Shown piece by piece: positions 16,951 through 26,513 of a DNA stretch of 64,000 nt. Position 1 is the stretch's first letter; each line of letters begins with the position of its first letter. The notes beneath the pieces are model-generated. The model was not told the origin of the DNA and made no database searches. It worked only from the letters and a program-made list of their open reading frames with translations. The translations under genes and the position numbers were made by a program. The stretch spans positions 99,467 through 163,466 of the forward strand of contig CAZYIA010000002.1 of assembly GCA_964646765.1 (NCBI GenBank), written 5' to 3'. Source of the DNA: an uncultured Candidatus Saccharibacteria bacterium (GTDB lineage: Bacteria; Patescibacteriota; Minisyncoccia; Phycocordibacterales; UBA9973).

Positions 16951-18243
16951 ATGCATCACCCTACGCGGTTGAAAGTTCTCATTGGAACTCTTGTTCTTAT
17001 TTCGATATACGCAGTATCTCTCTTTGCGCTTGCTGCCGTTACCTACGTAACTCCAGGAACTGTTCAAGATCCAGCTGGCGCACCTGGAAGCTATACCGTT
17101 GCTCCTGTTTCAATTGGGGAAACAATAGGGAACTCTCCCGTTCCGACAGGCGCTTTGTATGTAGATGGCAATGGCCTTTTGGCTACGGACGCCGGATTTA
17201 CTCATATTCCCGTACTTGTTGATCAACCAAACCAAACAGTTGCTAATCTAGCTATTTCATCAATTGCCAATACTGTTGATTCAACAACCGGGGTAACCAA
17301 TGTTGGCTTTGAGGGGGGATTAGTTATCAACGATAACTTTGATCATTCAGGAAATGGTGGAAGTTTGATTGGAACAGTAAATGGGGCTTTTCTCTCGAGT
17401 GCTGCCACAATTAATAAACTCATTGGCAACCTAAGTATTTCAGGAGGATATATTGGTGGTACAGGAACGATTACTGATGCTATTGGAGTAGCTTCGAATA
17501 TTATTAATGTTGGCAGTACAGTAACGAATGGTTACTTGTTCTACGGACAGAGTATTGGCTCAACAAACAAATATGGTGTCTATATTGATCTTGATGACAC
17601 GATAAATGTTCTCCGTGAACTTCAGCTCCGCCAAGATAGTCCGCTTAAGTGGTACGACGGCGACAGCTCAAATTACGTTGCTTTCAAGGCACCGAATGTT
17701 GTTGCTTCTGATCTTACTTGGGTGCTTCCTTCAGTTGAGGGAACCGATGGCCAAGTGCTTACTTGGCATACTGGCGGACTTTCGTGGGATACGCCGGCAG
17801 GTGGTGGCGGTGGGGGAGGAGAAACTGTAACCACTGTTAAACTAAGTCTCTCGCAATCTGATATTTTAGCTCTCGGAACAAAGGTAGAAGTTGTTCCAGC
17901 TCCTGGTCCTGGTAAAGCAATTCAAATTCTTAATATCGTAGGCACAGTAAATTTTGGAACTACGGCATATGATACTAATACCCAAATGGTTGGTTTCGAA
18001 GGAACCGATCCAAGTAATGGTATTTTTAGCTCCATAAACCACCTAAATGCTACCAGCTCAAAAACGATACTTTTTAACGCCAACGGTTTTGGTGGACCGA
18101 GTTCGTATAAAGCTGTTGTAGAGAATTCTCCATTTTATATTCAAGCAGGAAGTAGCGGTCCAGGAGGATTTACTGGAGGCAACCCAGCTAATGGAGATAG
18201 TACTATTGATTTGTATGTAACTTATACAACGATCAACCTCTAA
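16951..18243 (+). CDS. Membrane-anchored surface protein, family member A (N-terminal transmembrane anchor, conserved TYVTPGTVQDPAGAPGSYTV box, beta-rich repeats, poly-Gly hinge, C-terminal beta domain)
   Basis: The start was moved to MHHPTRLKVLIGTLVLISIYAVSLFALAA. It is paralogous to 18256..19464 and to the N-terminus of 52088..54724. Shared boxes are NVLRELQLRQDSPLKWYDGDSSNYVAFKAP and LTWHTGGLSWDTPAGGGGGGG. Confidence 0.55.
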   Translation: MHHPTRLKVLIGTLVLISIYAVSLFALAAVTYVTPGTVQDPAGAPGSYTVAPVSIGETIGNSPVPTGALYVDGNGLLATDAGFTHIPVLVDQPNQTVANLAISSIANTVDSTTGVTNVGFEGGLVINDNFDHSGNGGSLIGTVNGAFLSSAATINKLIGNLSISGGYIGGTGTITDAIGVASNIINVGSTVTNGYLFYGQSIGSTNKYGVYIDLDDTINVLRELQLRQDSPLKWYDGDSSNYVAFKAPNVVASDLTWVLPSVEGTDGQVLTWHTGGLSWDTPAGGGGGGGETVTTVKLSLSQSDILALGTKVEVVPAPGPGKAIQILNIVGTVNFGTTAYDTNTQMVGFEGTDPSNGIFSSINHLNATSSKTILFNANGFGGPSSYKAVVENSPFYIQAGSSGPGGFTGGNPANGDSTIDLYVTYTTINL

Positions 18244-18255
18244 CACTTTCATCGT

Positions 18256-19464
18256 ATGTCTATGTCTCTTCAACGAAAAAAAATTCTCCTCGGTTCATTT
18301 ATTTTTATTTCACTCTATGGGGCCGCGCTTACGTATGCAGCGATGACTTATGTTGCTCCAAGTACCGTCCAAGATCCTGTCGGTGCCCCAGGTACTTACA
18401 CAGTTGGTTTTGCTACAGCACCAAATGAGGTTCTCTATACCAATAGTTCAAACCAGCTTGCCTCTGATGCGGGGTTTACTCGTGTTCCAACAATGGTTGA
18501 TTTACCCGATCAATCAATTGGAAATAAAACTCTTACCACAATGCAGAACACGGCTAATACGAATGGTATTGCAAACGTTGGGTCAAGCTCGGTTCTCTTA
18601 ATAAATGACAGTTTTGATCACCTAAATGCGTATACTATTGGGTTAGCAGGTGAAGCAGTGCAAATGAGTAGTGGTACCATCGATAAGCTTGTTGGTCTTG
18701 GCGGCGTATCGATAAACAATGGTTCTGGTGTTGTAACACAGGCAATGGGAACGGCATCGGTGGTGGTTAACTCTGGTAGCGGTTCTATCACCAATGGCTA
18801 CGGATTTTTCTCGAACAAAATTGATGGTACAAATAAGTACGGTATTTATGTCGATGTTGACGACACTACGAATGTTCTTCGTGAACTTCAGTTGCACGAC
18901 GAAAGCCCGCTCAAATTATTTGATAAAGACAGTTCGAACTTTATTGCACTCAAGTCTCCATCAGTTCTCTTAACTGATACGACATATACACTTCCGCTTG
19001 CTGATGGTTCTTCTGGTCAATTTTTGAAAACGGACGGGGCAGGTAACCTTTCGTGGGATACGCCGGCAGGTGGTGGAGGGAGTAGCGACATTCAAACGGC
19101 AACCATTCACGTTAGTTCCGCAGAAATATTAGCACTCAACACTTCTCCTGTAGAACTTTTACCTGCTCCGGGAGCAGGTAAGGCTATTGATTTAGTATCA
19201 CTTGTCGTTAGACAGAACTTCGTTACAACTCAATATGATGGAGGATTCATGGCTATCTTCCCGAGTCTTTACTTTGGTGTAGGTAATATCAGCGACAACA
19301 TTAGTGGTACTCAGCTTGATTTTACTTCTTCGCGTATTACTAAAATGACTATGAACGGCCTCATGGTAGAGAATGAGCCTCTGTATCTTGGAACAAGTGC
19401 CAATCCAACCAATGGTGACGGCACCCTCGATTTCTATATAACCTATCGAATTATCGATTTGTAA
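18256..19464 (+). CDS. Membrane-anchored surface protein, family member B (paralog of 16951..18243)
   Basis: MSLQRKKILLGSFIFISLYGAALTYAAMTYVAPSTVQDPVGAPGTYTV, NVLRELQLHDESPLKLFDKDSSNFIALKSP and GNLSWDTPAGGGGS match the upstream gene in both order and spacing. The C-terminus ends TLDFYITYRIIDL, against IDLYVTYTTINL in the paralog. Confidence 0.55.
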   Translation: MSMSLQRKKILLGSFIFISLYGAALTYAAMTYVAPSTVQDPVGAPGTYTVGFATAPNEVLYTNSSNQLASDAGFTRVPTMVDLPDQSIGNKTLTTMQNTANTNGIANVGSSSVLLINDSFDHLNAYTIGLAGEAVQMSSGTIDKLVGLGGVSINNGSGVVTQAMGTASVVVNSGSGSITNGYGFFSNKIDGTNKYGIYVDVDDTTNVLRELQLHDESPLKLFDKDSSNFIALKSPSVLLTDTTYTLPLADGSSGQFLKTDGAGNLSWDTPAGGGGSSDIQTATIHVSSAEILALNTSPVELLPAPGAGKAIDLVSLVVRQNFVTTQYDGGFMAIFPSLYFGVGNISDNISGTQLDFTSSRITKMTMNGLMVENEPLYLGTSANPTNGDGTLDFYITYRIIDL

Positions 19465-19558
19465 TCCCTTTAAACTGTGCTATAGTTTGCGCTAGAAAAG
19501 ACCTAGCGGTCCTTTTTATTTATCACTTAGAAGCCTTTGCGCTGTATCTTTTATTTCC

Positions 19559-21709
19559 ATGGAACGAGATTATCCTCTAGAGAAAGTACGTAACTTCGGT
19601 ATCGTTGCTCACATCGATGCCGGTAAAACCACGACATCAGAACGTGTGCTCTTTTACACTGGTGTATCACACAAAATTGGTGAAGTGCACGAAGGTGAGG
19701 CAACCATGGACTGGATGGAACAGGAGCGTGAACGCGGTATCACCATTACTGCTGCGGCAACTACCTGTTTCTGGACTCCAACCTACGCAAACGGCGACAA
19801 AAATAAAAAGCACCGCTTTAACTTGATCGACACCCCTGGACACATCGACTTCACCGTAGAAGTGAAGCGTTCCCTCCGTGTGCTCGACGGCGCAGTTGTG
19901 GTGTTCGATGGTGTTGCTGGTGTAGAACCACAGTCTGAAACAAACTGGCGCTACGCTGACGAAGCAAAGGTTCCTCGTATTTGTTTCATCAACAAACTCG
20001 ACCGTACTGGCGCATCATTCGAGAAGTCATACGCTTCTATTCTTGATCGCTTGAACAAAAAAGCTGTTCGTATGCAGATTCCAATTGGTCTTGAAGATAA
20101 GCACGAAGGTGTTATTGATCTTCTTACTATGGAAGCAGTAACGTTCTCGGGTGAAAAAGGAGAAAAAATTTCTCGCGGACCAATTCCTGAAGAGTACAAA
20201 GCTGAAGCAGAAAAGTTTCACAACGAACTCATCGAAGCTATCGTTTCTCATGACGACGAACAGATGACCGCATACCTCGACGGAAAAGTTCCATCAATCG
20301 ATGAACTCAAGAAAACACTCCGTAAGGCAGTTATCGCAAACGAAATTTTCCCAGTGTACGCAGGTTCTGCGCTTAAGAACAAAGGCGTGCAACTCGTCCT
20401 CGACGGTGTTGTAGATTATCTTCCAGCTCCAACTGATATTCCACCAATCAAAGGTATTAACCCTGACACTGAAGAACCAGCAGAACGCAAAGCTTCTGAT
20501 GCCGAACCATTTTCAGCACTTGCTTTCAAGGTTGCTTCTGATCCATTCGTTGGCCAGCTCGTGTTCTTCCGTGTGTACTCTGGACAACTTGCCGCTGGTT
20601 CATACGTGTACAACCCACGCACTCGAAACAAAGAGCGCATCGGCCGTATTCTTCGTATGCACGCAAACGAGCGTGAAGAAGTGAAGAAAGTATTTGCTGG
20701 TGAAATTGCCGCTGCCGTTGGTTTGAAAGACACCATTACTTCTGACACTATCTGTGACGAACAGAATCCAATTGAACTTGATCGCATTGTCTTCCCAGAA
20801 CCAGTTATCAGCTTACGTATCGAACCGAAGACAAAGGCTGACCAGGAAAAAATGGGTATGGCACTTTCTCGTCTTGCTCAAGAAGACCCAACCTTCCGTG
20901 TCACCTCAGATTCTGAAACTGGCGAAACAATCATCGCAGGTATGGGAGAACTTCACCTCGACATTATTGTTGATCGCTTGAAGCGCGAATTCTCTGTTGA
21001 AGCAAACGTTGGTAAGCCACAGGTTGCTTACCGCGAAACTATTACCGGTACTGCTGAAGTGGAAGGTAAGTACATCAAGCAAACTGGTGGTCGTGGTAAC
21101 TATGGTCACGTTCGCATCAAGATTAAGCCAATGGATATGACTCTTACCAAAGAGGATATTGCTGACCTTCCGAAGAACGTGAAGCGCGAAGACCACTTCG
21201 AATTCATTAACACAATTAAAGGTGGTGCAATTCCTCAAGAATATATTCCAGCTTGTGAAAAAGGTTTCCGTGAAGGTCTTGAACGCGGTGTTGTTGCTGG
21301 ATTCAAAATGGTGGACGTTTCTGTTGACCTTTGGGATGGTAGTTACCACGATGTGGACTCAAACGAAATGGCCTTCAAGATTGCTGCTTCAATGGCAATT
21401 CAGGATGCATGTAAACAAGCTCGTCCAGTTATCCTTGAACCGATGATGAAAGTAGAAGTGGTGACTCCAGATAAATTCATGGGTGATGTTACTGGTTCTC
21501 TTTCAGCGAAGCGTGGTCTTATCGAAGGTATGGAAGCTCGTGGTATGAACCAAGCAGTAAAAGCAGTTGTGCCACTTTCTGAAATGTTCGGTTACATGAC
21601 TAACCTCCGCTCAATGACCGAAGGCCGCGCTGGATTTACTATGGAATTCCTTCGCTACGATGTGGTTCCGCAGAACGTCGCCGACGAAATCGTAAAATCC
21701 CGCAAATAA
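19559..21709 (+). CDS. fusA: Elongation factor G
   Basis: The G1–G5 GTPase motifs ([20 protein letters not shown]; DTPGHIDF; NKLD) and all EF-G domains II–V are present, including [13 protein letters not shown]. Confidence 0.95.
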   Translation: MERDYPLEKVRNFGIVAHIDAGKTTTSERVLFYTGVSHKIGEVHEGEATMDWMEQERERGITITAAATTCFWTPTYANGDKNKKHRFNLIDTPGHIDFTVEVKRSLRVLDGAVVVFDGVAGVEPQSETNWRYADEAKVPRICFINKLDRTGASFEKSYASILDRLNKKAVRMQIPIGLEDKHEGVIDLLTMEAVTFSGEKGEKISRGPIPEEYKAEAEKFHNELIEAIVSHDDEQMTAYLDGKVPSIDELKKTLRKAVIANEIFPVYAGSALKNKGVQLVLDGVVDYLPAPTDIPPIKGINPDTEEPAERKASDAEPFSALAFKVASDPFVGQLVFFRVYSGQLAAGSYVYNPRTRNKERIGRILRMHANEREEVKKVFAGEIAAAVGLKDTITSDTICDEQNPIELDRIVFPEPVISLRIEPKTKADQEKMGMALSRLAQEDPTFRVTSDSETGETIIAGMGELHLDIIVDRLKREFSVEANVGKPQVAYRETITGTAEVEGKYIKQTGGRGNYGHVRIKIKPMDMTLTKEDIADLPKNVKREDHFEFINTIKGGAIPQEYIPACEKGFREGLERGVVAGFKMVDVSVDLWDGSYHDVDSNEMAFKIAASMAIQDACKQARPVILEPMMKVEVVTPDKFMGDVTGSLSAKRGLIEGMEARGMNQAVKAVVPLSEMFGYMTNLRSMTEGRAGFTMEFLRYDVVPQNVADEIVKSRK

Positions 21710-21720
21710 TTTTTGACACT

Positions 21721-21752
21721 AAAAACAACCCCTCACAAGGGGTTGTTTTTGC
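21721..21752 (+). terminator. Rho-independent terminator after fusA
   Basis: The hairpin aaaaacaacccctcacaaggggttgttttt has flanking A- and T-runs. Confidence 0.6.
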
Positions 21753-21799
21753 AAGAGGAGAGGCGCTCACTCGTCTTAGTTAGTGACAAGAAATGGTAT

Positions 21800-21828
21800 T
21801 TGACTAAATGTCAAAAACATGGTAAAGT
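21800..21828 (+). promoter_or_regulatory. Candidate sigma70-type promoter (TTGACT, 17-nt spacer, extended -10 TGgTAAAGT) for the downstream secreted-protein gene
   Basis: ttgactaaatgtcaaaaacatggtaaagt lies about 115 nt upstream of the 21944 start. Confidence 0.35.
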
Positions 21829-21943
21829 CAGAGCCATTTTACTGCCTTGAAAAATGTTAAGGAATAGAAAGTTTTGGCCGCTATAAAGTGGCTGGGATTT
21901 TCTATTTTTTAATTAAACAATCACTTTTAAACAAAGACCAACT

Positions 21944-24574
21944 ATGAGGAAATTTCTTCTCTGCATGCTGGTAGCTCTAGGTAGTTACCACATGTTTGCT
22001 CAAACCACTTTCTCCACGTCCTTCAACAGCGGGGTTCAATTTATCTGTTCACAGCAGGTAAACTTTGAAATCGCTGAAGCAGGCATTACGGCTTCCGTTT
22101 CGGAAGACTTACAACCAAACACGGTGTATTTTCACCTGAATCCTTCCGTAACAGGAATAATTACCAATGTCACTATATGGCAAGGTGGGGTTCAGTATGG
22201 TCCTACGGTTAATCCGTTTGGGGCGATGCAGGTAGCTATTCAGGGTTCGCCCGGCATACCAGCAGGAACTTCGGAAATTCTTACGTTCAATGCAGATGTT
22301 ATTGGCAATTCTGGCGACATATTCAGCCTAACAATTGACTCAATTCGTTGCATTGGTCTAACTACCGGAACGGCCGTTACTCTTCCTGCAAATTTTTCCG
22401 GAAAAACATTCATTATTCAAAGTTGCCCGGCGCTTATCGCGGATTTCAGTTTGAGTAAACATGAGTTTTGCTACGGTGAAATTATAGCAATAACAAATCA
22501 TTCTATTGCTCCAGGTAATGCCGAATATCAATGGGAATTTGGTTGGAACTCACAGCCGCCTAATATTATTGGTGATACTTCAGTTTTCCCGAATACATTT
22601 ACCGTTCAGTTCTATCAAACAGGAACATACAATGTTGATCTTTGGGTAACCAATCATACTACCGGCCAATCAAGCCACCACGCCGAAACTGTTCAAGTAC
22701 GCCCGAATCCATCTACAACATCAATTACCGCAAGCGGATTACTGGGCTGCAATGGAGCGACCGAATTAACACTTACAGCAAATACCCTTGGCGGTATTAA
22801 CACATACACCTGGATGCAAGGAACATGGGGTGGTCCATATGACACACTTGCTGTGAATGGAGATTCCACTCTTATGGTTACCACGCCGGGAGAGTATTTC
22901 GTTGTTCCTACAAATGTGTATGGTTGCTCACAACCGTATCCGCAACCCTACAATGTAAGTTATGTTCAAAATCCAAGTGTGGAATTGTACGTAACGAATT
23001 TGCCGGGAACATGGATTCAAATACCACAGGTACTACATGATACTGCTTATGCGTGCGAATTTAGTCTTTCCCAACTACAACTTGGAGTAAATGCTTGGGT
23101 TCCTATGACCGGCTCCCAAGGACTATTCTATGAGTGGAACGATAGTAGCCATGCCGCTCAGTTTCATCCACTTTCCGGTTCCGGAAATTCGGAGTGGTAT
23201 TATGTTTCAGTTACCAATACAAATGGTTGCACTACAGTGGATTCTCTGTACTTAGATGTTGTTCATCCAACAGCGCCCACTATTACTGCATTAGGCCCAA
23301 CTACTTTCTGCGAAGGTGACCATGTATCTTTATTAGCCAGTGGTTCTCCAGGATTACAATACTACTGGAACTACGGTGCTCCTGGAGATAGCGTGTCGCT
23401 GTTCTGGAATCCCGGACCTATCGTTGCGTTTACCATTGATGCCTATGGTTGCAGAGCCCAATCAGATACCGTGTTTATTACCATATTGCCGGTGCCACAA
23501 AAACCAACAATATTAGTGAACGGTTGCAATCTTGTTTCTGATGCTGTTTCAAATAACACCTGGTTTTATGGAACACAGCAACTCTCTTACACTGGAAGTG
23601 TTATTACTCCTGATTCATCAGGAATTTTTATCACCACAGTTACAGGAGTGAATGGTTGCTCAGCAACTTCTGACCCTGTTGCGTTCCAAGTACCACCACT
23701 TCCACAAATTACAGTTAGCGATAACAATTTTTGTGAAGGTGGTTCAAGTACGCTCGCTGTTGGACCTGGTACGGATTTTGTATGGTCTAACGGCCAAACA
23801 GGAAGCCCAATTACTGTTGAAACTTCAGGCACCTACAGCGCCACCGTTACAAATGGTACCTGCGTACGGGTTGCAACACCTGTTACTATCACGGTTTTTC
23901 CGAAACCGAACACTACTATTGATACCGTTGGCACAATGCAATTTTGCCAAGGTGGCTCAGTTACCTTGCTACTTCAGGAAAGTGGTTCTGTGTACGATTG
24001 GAACACAAATGAGGTTACACAAGAAATTAATGTAACCCAATCCGGTTCCTTCCGTGCTCACATCACTAATATATATGGCTGCGAAGCTTATACTGATGTA
24101 GTAACAGTGTTTGTACATCCATTACCTGATGTTGACCCGATTTTAGTAACTAACTGTTTACTGGCCGCGCCTTACGGAGCAGCGACCTATCAGTGGTTAC
24201 TGTTCGGAGATACTATTAGCGGAGCAACAAACCGCTTTTGTACTGCAGATACCAACGGCATCTACGAATGTGTTCTGACCAGCCAATTTGGTTGTGAGGC
24301 GTATTCGTTGCCAACTGTTGTAACTTGCGGAGCTACTACGGGTATTACAGAAATTACCGAAGATGCGCTTGCGTTATTCCCGAACCCCACAACTGGTTTG
24401 GTTACCGTAAAGCCTGATTTGACGCTTGAAGAAGAAGTTTTCATTTACTCCATTACCGGAGATATTGTTCGCAAGGAACCGAAAGGGACCAAAGCATTCG
24501 ATATTTCTAACCTGGCAGACGGTATGTATACCGTTCGCATAGGGAATTCGATTACAAAACTGGTGAAGCAGTAA
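21944..24574 (+). CDS. Large secreted multi-domain protein with a Bacteroidota-type signal peptide, tandem Cys-bracketed Ig-like repeats and a type IX secretion (Por) C-terminal sorting domain
   Basis: The signal peptide is MRKFLLCMLVALGSYHMFAQ. Repeats of the form FC.GG(S).L.....Y.W..G.T...I.V...G.Y...VT...GC occur at least five times. The C-terminal ~70 aa (LFPNPTTGLVTVKPDLTLEEEVFIYSITGDIVRKEPKGTKAFDISNLADGMYTVRIGNSITKLVKQ) fit the T9SS CTD pattern (PNP..., Y...G..V, D.S.L..G.Y.V.I). Confidence 0.7.
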   Translation: MRKFLLCMLVALGSYHMFAQTTFSTSFNSGVQFICSQQVNFEIAEAGITASVSEDLQPNTVYFHLNPSVTGIITNVTIWQGGVQYGPTVNPFGAMQVAIQGSPGIPAGTSEILTFNADVIGNSGDIFSLTIDSIRCIGLTTGTAVTLPANFSGKTFIIQSCPALIADFSLSKHEFCYGEIIAITNHSIAPGNAEYQWEFGWNSQPPNIIGDTSVFPNTFTVQFYQTGTYNVDLWVTNHTTGQSSHHAETVQVRPNPSTTSITASGLLGCNGATELTLTANTLGGINTYTWMQGTWGGPYDTLAVNGDSTLMVTTPGEYFVVPTNVYGCSQPYPQPYNVSYVQNPSVELYVTNLPGTWIQIPQVLHDTAYACEFSLSQLQLGVNAWVPMTGSQGLFYEWNDSSHAAQFHPLSGSGNSEWYYVSVTNTNGCTTVDSLYLDVVHPTAPTITALGPTTFCEGDHVSLLASGSPGLQYYWNYGAPGDSVSLFWNPGPIVAFTIDAYGCRAQSDTVFITILPVPQKPTILVNGCNLVSDAVSNNTWFYGTQQLSYTGSVITPDSSGIFITTVTGVNGCSATSDPVAFQVPPLPQITVSDNNFCEGGSSTLAVGPGTDFVWSNGQTGSPITVETSGTYSATVTNGTCVRVATPVTITVFPKPNTTIDTVGTMQFCQGGSVTLLLQESGSVYDWNTNEVTQEINVTQSGSFRAHITNIYGCEAYTDVVTVFVHPLPDVDPILVTNCLLAAPYGAATYQWLLFGDTISGATNRFCTADTNGIYECVLTSQFGCEAYSLPTVVTCGATTGITEITEDALALFPNPTTGLVTVKPDLTLEEEVFIYSITGDIVRKEPKGTKAFDISNLADGMYTVRIGNSITKLVKQ

Positions 24575-24599
24575 AAACTGCCTTCATTTTATCTTTTGA

Positions 24600-24634
24600 A
24601 AAAGGCGAGCTTCGGTTCGCCTTTTTTCTTTTTC
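24600..24634 (+). terminator. Rho-independent terminator
   Basis: The hairpin aaaaaggcgagcttcggttcgcctttttt is followed by a T-run. Confidence 0.6.
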
Positions 24635-24659
24635 CACCAAATTCACAGGCAAGGCGCCT

Positions 24660-24688
24660 TTGACAGGATACTTGTTTTGACGTAGTAT
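24660..24688 (+). promoter_or_regulatory. Candidate sigma70-type promoter upstream of tuf (TTGACA, 17-nt spacer, TAGTAT)
   Basis: ttgacaggatacttgttttgacgtagtat lies about 190 nt upstream of the tuf start. Hairpin-forming sequence follows immediately. Confidence 0.4.
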
Positions 24689-24880
24689 AGCCCCAACTGC
24701 TCCTTGGGGCATTTTTTATTTGTCCAAATAAAAAATGCCAGAAGACAGGTATGAGTTAGTGGCTGTGGCTGAGGATAGATGATCAAATCCTCAACTTTCG
24801 CCAGTAACTCAATTTATTATCAGTTAAGCTAATAGATTGCAGATGTAGAATCTGGGAACTACTAGCAAAGACTAAAACAT

Positions 24881-26080
24881 ATGGCAGAAGAATTTAATCG
24901 TTCCAAGCCGCACGTAAACGTAGGTACCATCGGTCACGTTGACCACGGTAAGACCACGCTCACGGCGGCAATCCTCACTGTTCTCGGTCGCGAAGGCAAC
25001 GGGTATGGTGCAAAGATGAAGGGTGTTGATCAAATCGACAACGCTCCAGAAGAAAAGGCTCGTGGTATCACGATTGCTCTTTCTCACAACGAGTACGAAA
25101 CTCCTACTCGTCACTACGCTCACATCGACGCTCCGGGTCACGCTGACTACATCAAGAACATGATTACTGGTGCCGCTCAAATGGACGGTGCTATTATCGT
25201 GGTAGCAGCTACTGACGGTGCTATGCCTCAGACTCGTGAACACATCCTCCTTGCTAAGCAAGTTGGTGTTCCAAAGATCATCGTTTTCCTCAACAAGTGC
25301 GACATGGTTGACGACAAAGACATGATCGACCTCGTTGAAGAAGAAATCCGCGAACTCCTCACCAAGCAGGGCTTCGACGGTGCTGGTGCTCCAGTTATCC
25401 GCGGTTCAGGTCTCAAGGCTCTCGAATCAGCTGACAACTCAGATCCATGGGCACAGAAAGTGCTTGAGCTCGCAAAGGCTCTCGACGAATACATCCCGCT
25501 TCCACAGCGTGATCTCGACAAGCCATTCCTCATGCCGGTTGAAGACATCTTCTCAATCGAAGGCCGTGGAACTGTGGTTACCGGTCGTATTGAGCGTGGT
25601 GTTGTAAAAGTTGGTGAAGATATCGAAATCGTTGGTATCAAGGACACCGTTAAGACAACTGTTACCGGTATCGAAATGTTCAACAAGTCCCTCAAAGAAG
25701 GTATGGCTGGTGACAACGCTGGTATCCTTCTCCGCGGTACTAAGAAAGAAGACATCACTCGTGGTCAGGTGCTTGCAAAGCCAGGCTCTGTAACTCCTCA
25801 CTCACAGTTTGAAGCTGAAGTATATATCTTGAAGAAGGAAGAAGGTGGCCGCCACACTCCATTCTTCTCTGGATATAAGCCACAGTTCTACGTTCGTACT
25901 ACGGACGTAACTGGTGAAGTTACTCTTCCAGAAGGAAAGGAAATGGTCGTTCCAGGTGACACCGTTACTTTCAAGGTGAAGCTCGTTACTCCAGTTGCGC
26001 TCGAAGAAAAGACTCGTTTTGCTATCCGTGAAGGTGGTAAGACAGTTGGTGCTGGTGTCGTAACCAAAATTACTGCGTAA
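24881..26080 (+). CDS. tuf: Elongation factor Tu
   Basis: [39 protein letters not shown] and NKCDMV match, and the overall length and domain order are those of EF-Tu. Confidence 0.95.
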   Translation: MAEEFNRSKPHVNVGTIGHVDHGKTTLTAAILTVLGREGNGYGAKMKGVDQIDNAPEEKARGITIALSHNEYETPTRHYAHIDAPGHADYIKNMITGAAQMDGAIIVVAATDGAMPQTREHILLAKQVGVPKIIVFLNKCDMVDDKDMIDLVEEEIRELLTKQGFDGAGAPVIRGSGLKALESADNSDPWAQKVLELAKALDEYIPLPQRDLDKPFLMPVEDIFSIEGRGTVVTGRIERGVVKVGEDIEIVGIKDTVKTTVTGIEMFNKSLKEGMAGDNAGILLRGTKKEDITRGQVLAKPGSVTPHSQFEAEVYILKKEEGGRHTPFFSGYKPQFYVRTTDVTGEVTLPEGKEMVVPGDTVTFKVKLVTPVALEEKTRFAIREGGKTVGAGVVTKITA

Positions 26081-26131
26081 GCAAGCAGCGTTTCTTTAAG
26101 GCCCTCGCTTAAAGATCTCTAGCTCTTTCCC

Positions 26132-26488
26132 ATGGCTACCGCTAAAGCAAAAACAAAGGCGAAGGCTTCGTCCGGTGAAACTTCTATCCGATTGCGCATC
26201 CGCGTTCGGGCGTACGAGAACAAAATTCTTGACGCGTCCGTTAAGCAAATCATGGACACTGCTGCTCGCTATGATGCACAGGTCCTTGGTCCAATCCCGA
26301 TGCCAACGGAAATTAAGAAATACACGGTCAACCGTTCGTCTTTCATCTATAAGAACACTCGAGAACAGTTCGAAGTTCGCGTGCACAAGCGCGTGATCGA
26401 CATTCTCAACCCTAACCAGAAGACTATTGAAGCACTTACCAACCTCTCACTCCCTAGTGGTGTTGATGTTGATGTGAAAATGCTCTAA
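26132..26488 (+). CDS. rpsJ: 30S ribosomal protein S10 (with a short basic N-terminal extension)
   Basis: IRLRIRVRAYENKILDASVKQIMDTAARYDAQVLGPIPMPT matches the S10 core. It begins the S10 operon after tuf. Confidence 0.9.
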   Translation: MATAKAKTKAKASSGETSIRLRIRVRAYENKILDASVKQIMDTAARYDAQVLGPIPMPTEIKKYTVNRSSFIYKNTREQFEVRVHKRVIDILNPNQKTIEALTNLSLPSGVDVDVKML

Positions 26489-26513
26489 GCATTCCACGAG
26501 TGCGAGAATCTTT

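Noticed and set aside
24760-24810. tRNA-like T-loop-resembling string (gatcaaatcctc…cgcca) upstream of tuf
   Set aside because: I could not build a 7-bp acceptor stem, a 5-bp T-stem with a 7-nt loop, or a D-arm. The CCA is probably coincidental.
25228-25758. 176-aa antisense ORF inside tuf; similar shadow ORFs inside fusA (20906..21349), rpsE (40885..41265), the surface protein (14437..15018) and others
   Set aside because: Each lies entirely within a strongly supported CDS on the opposite strand, has low-complexity composition and has no independent signals.
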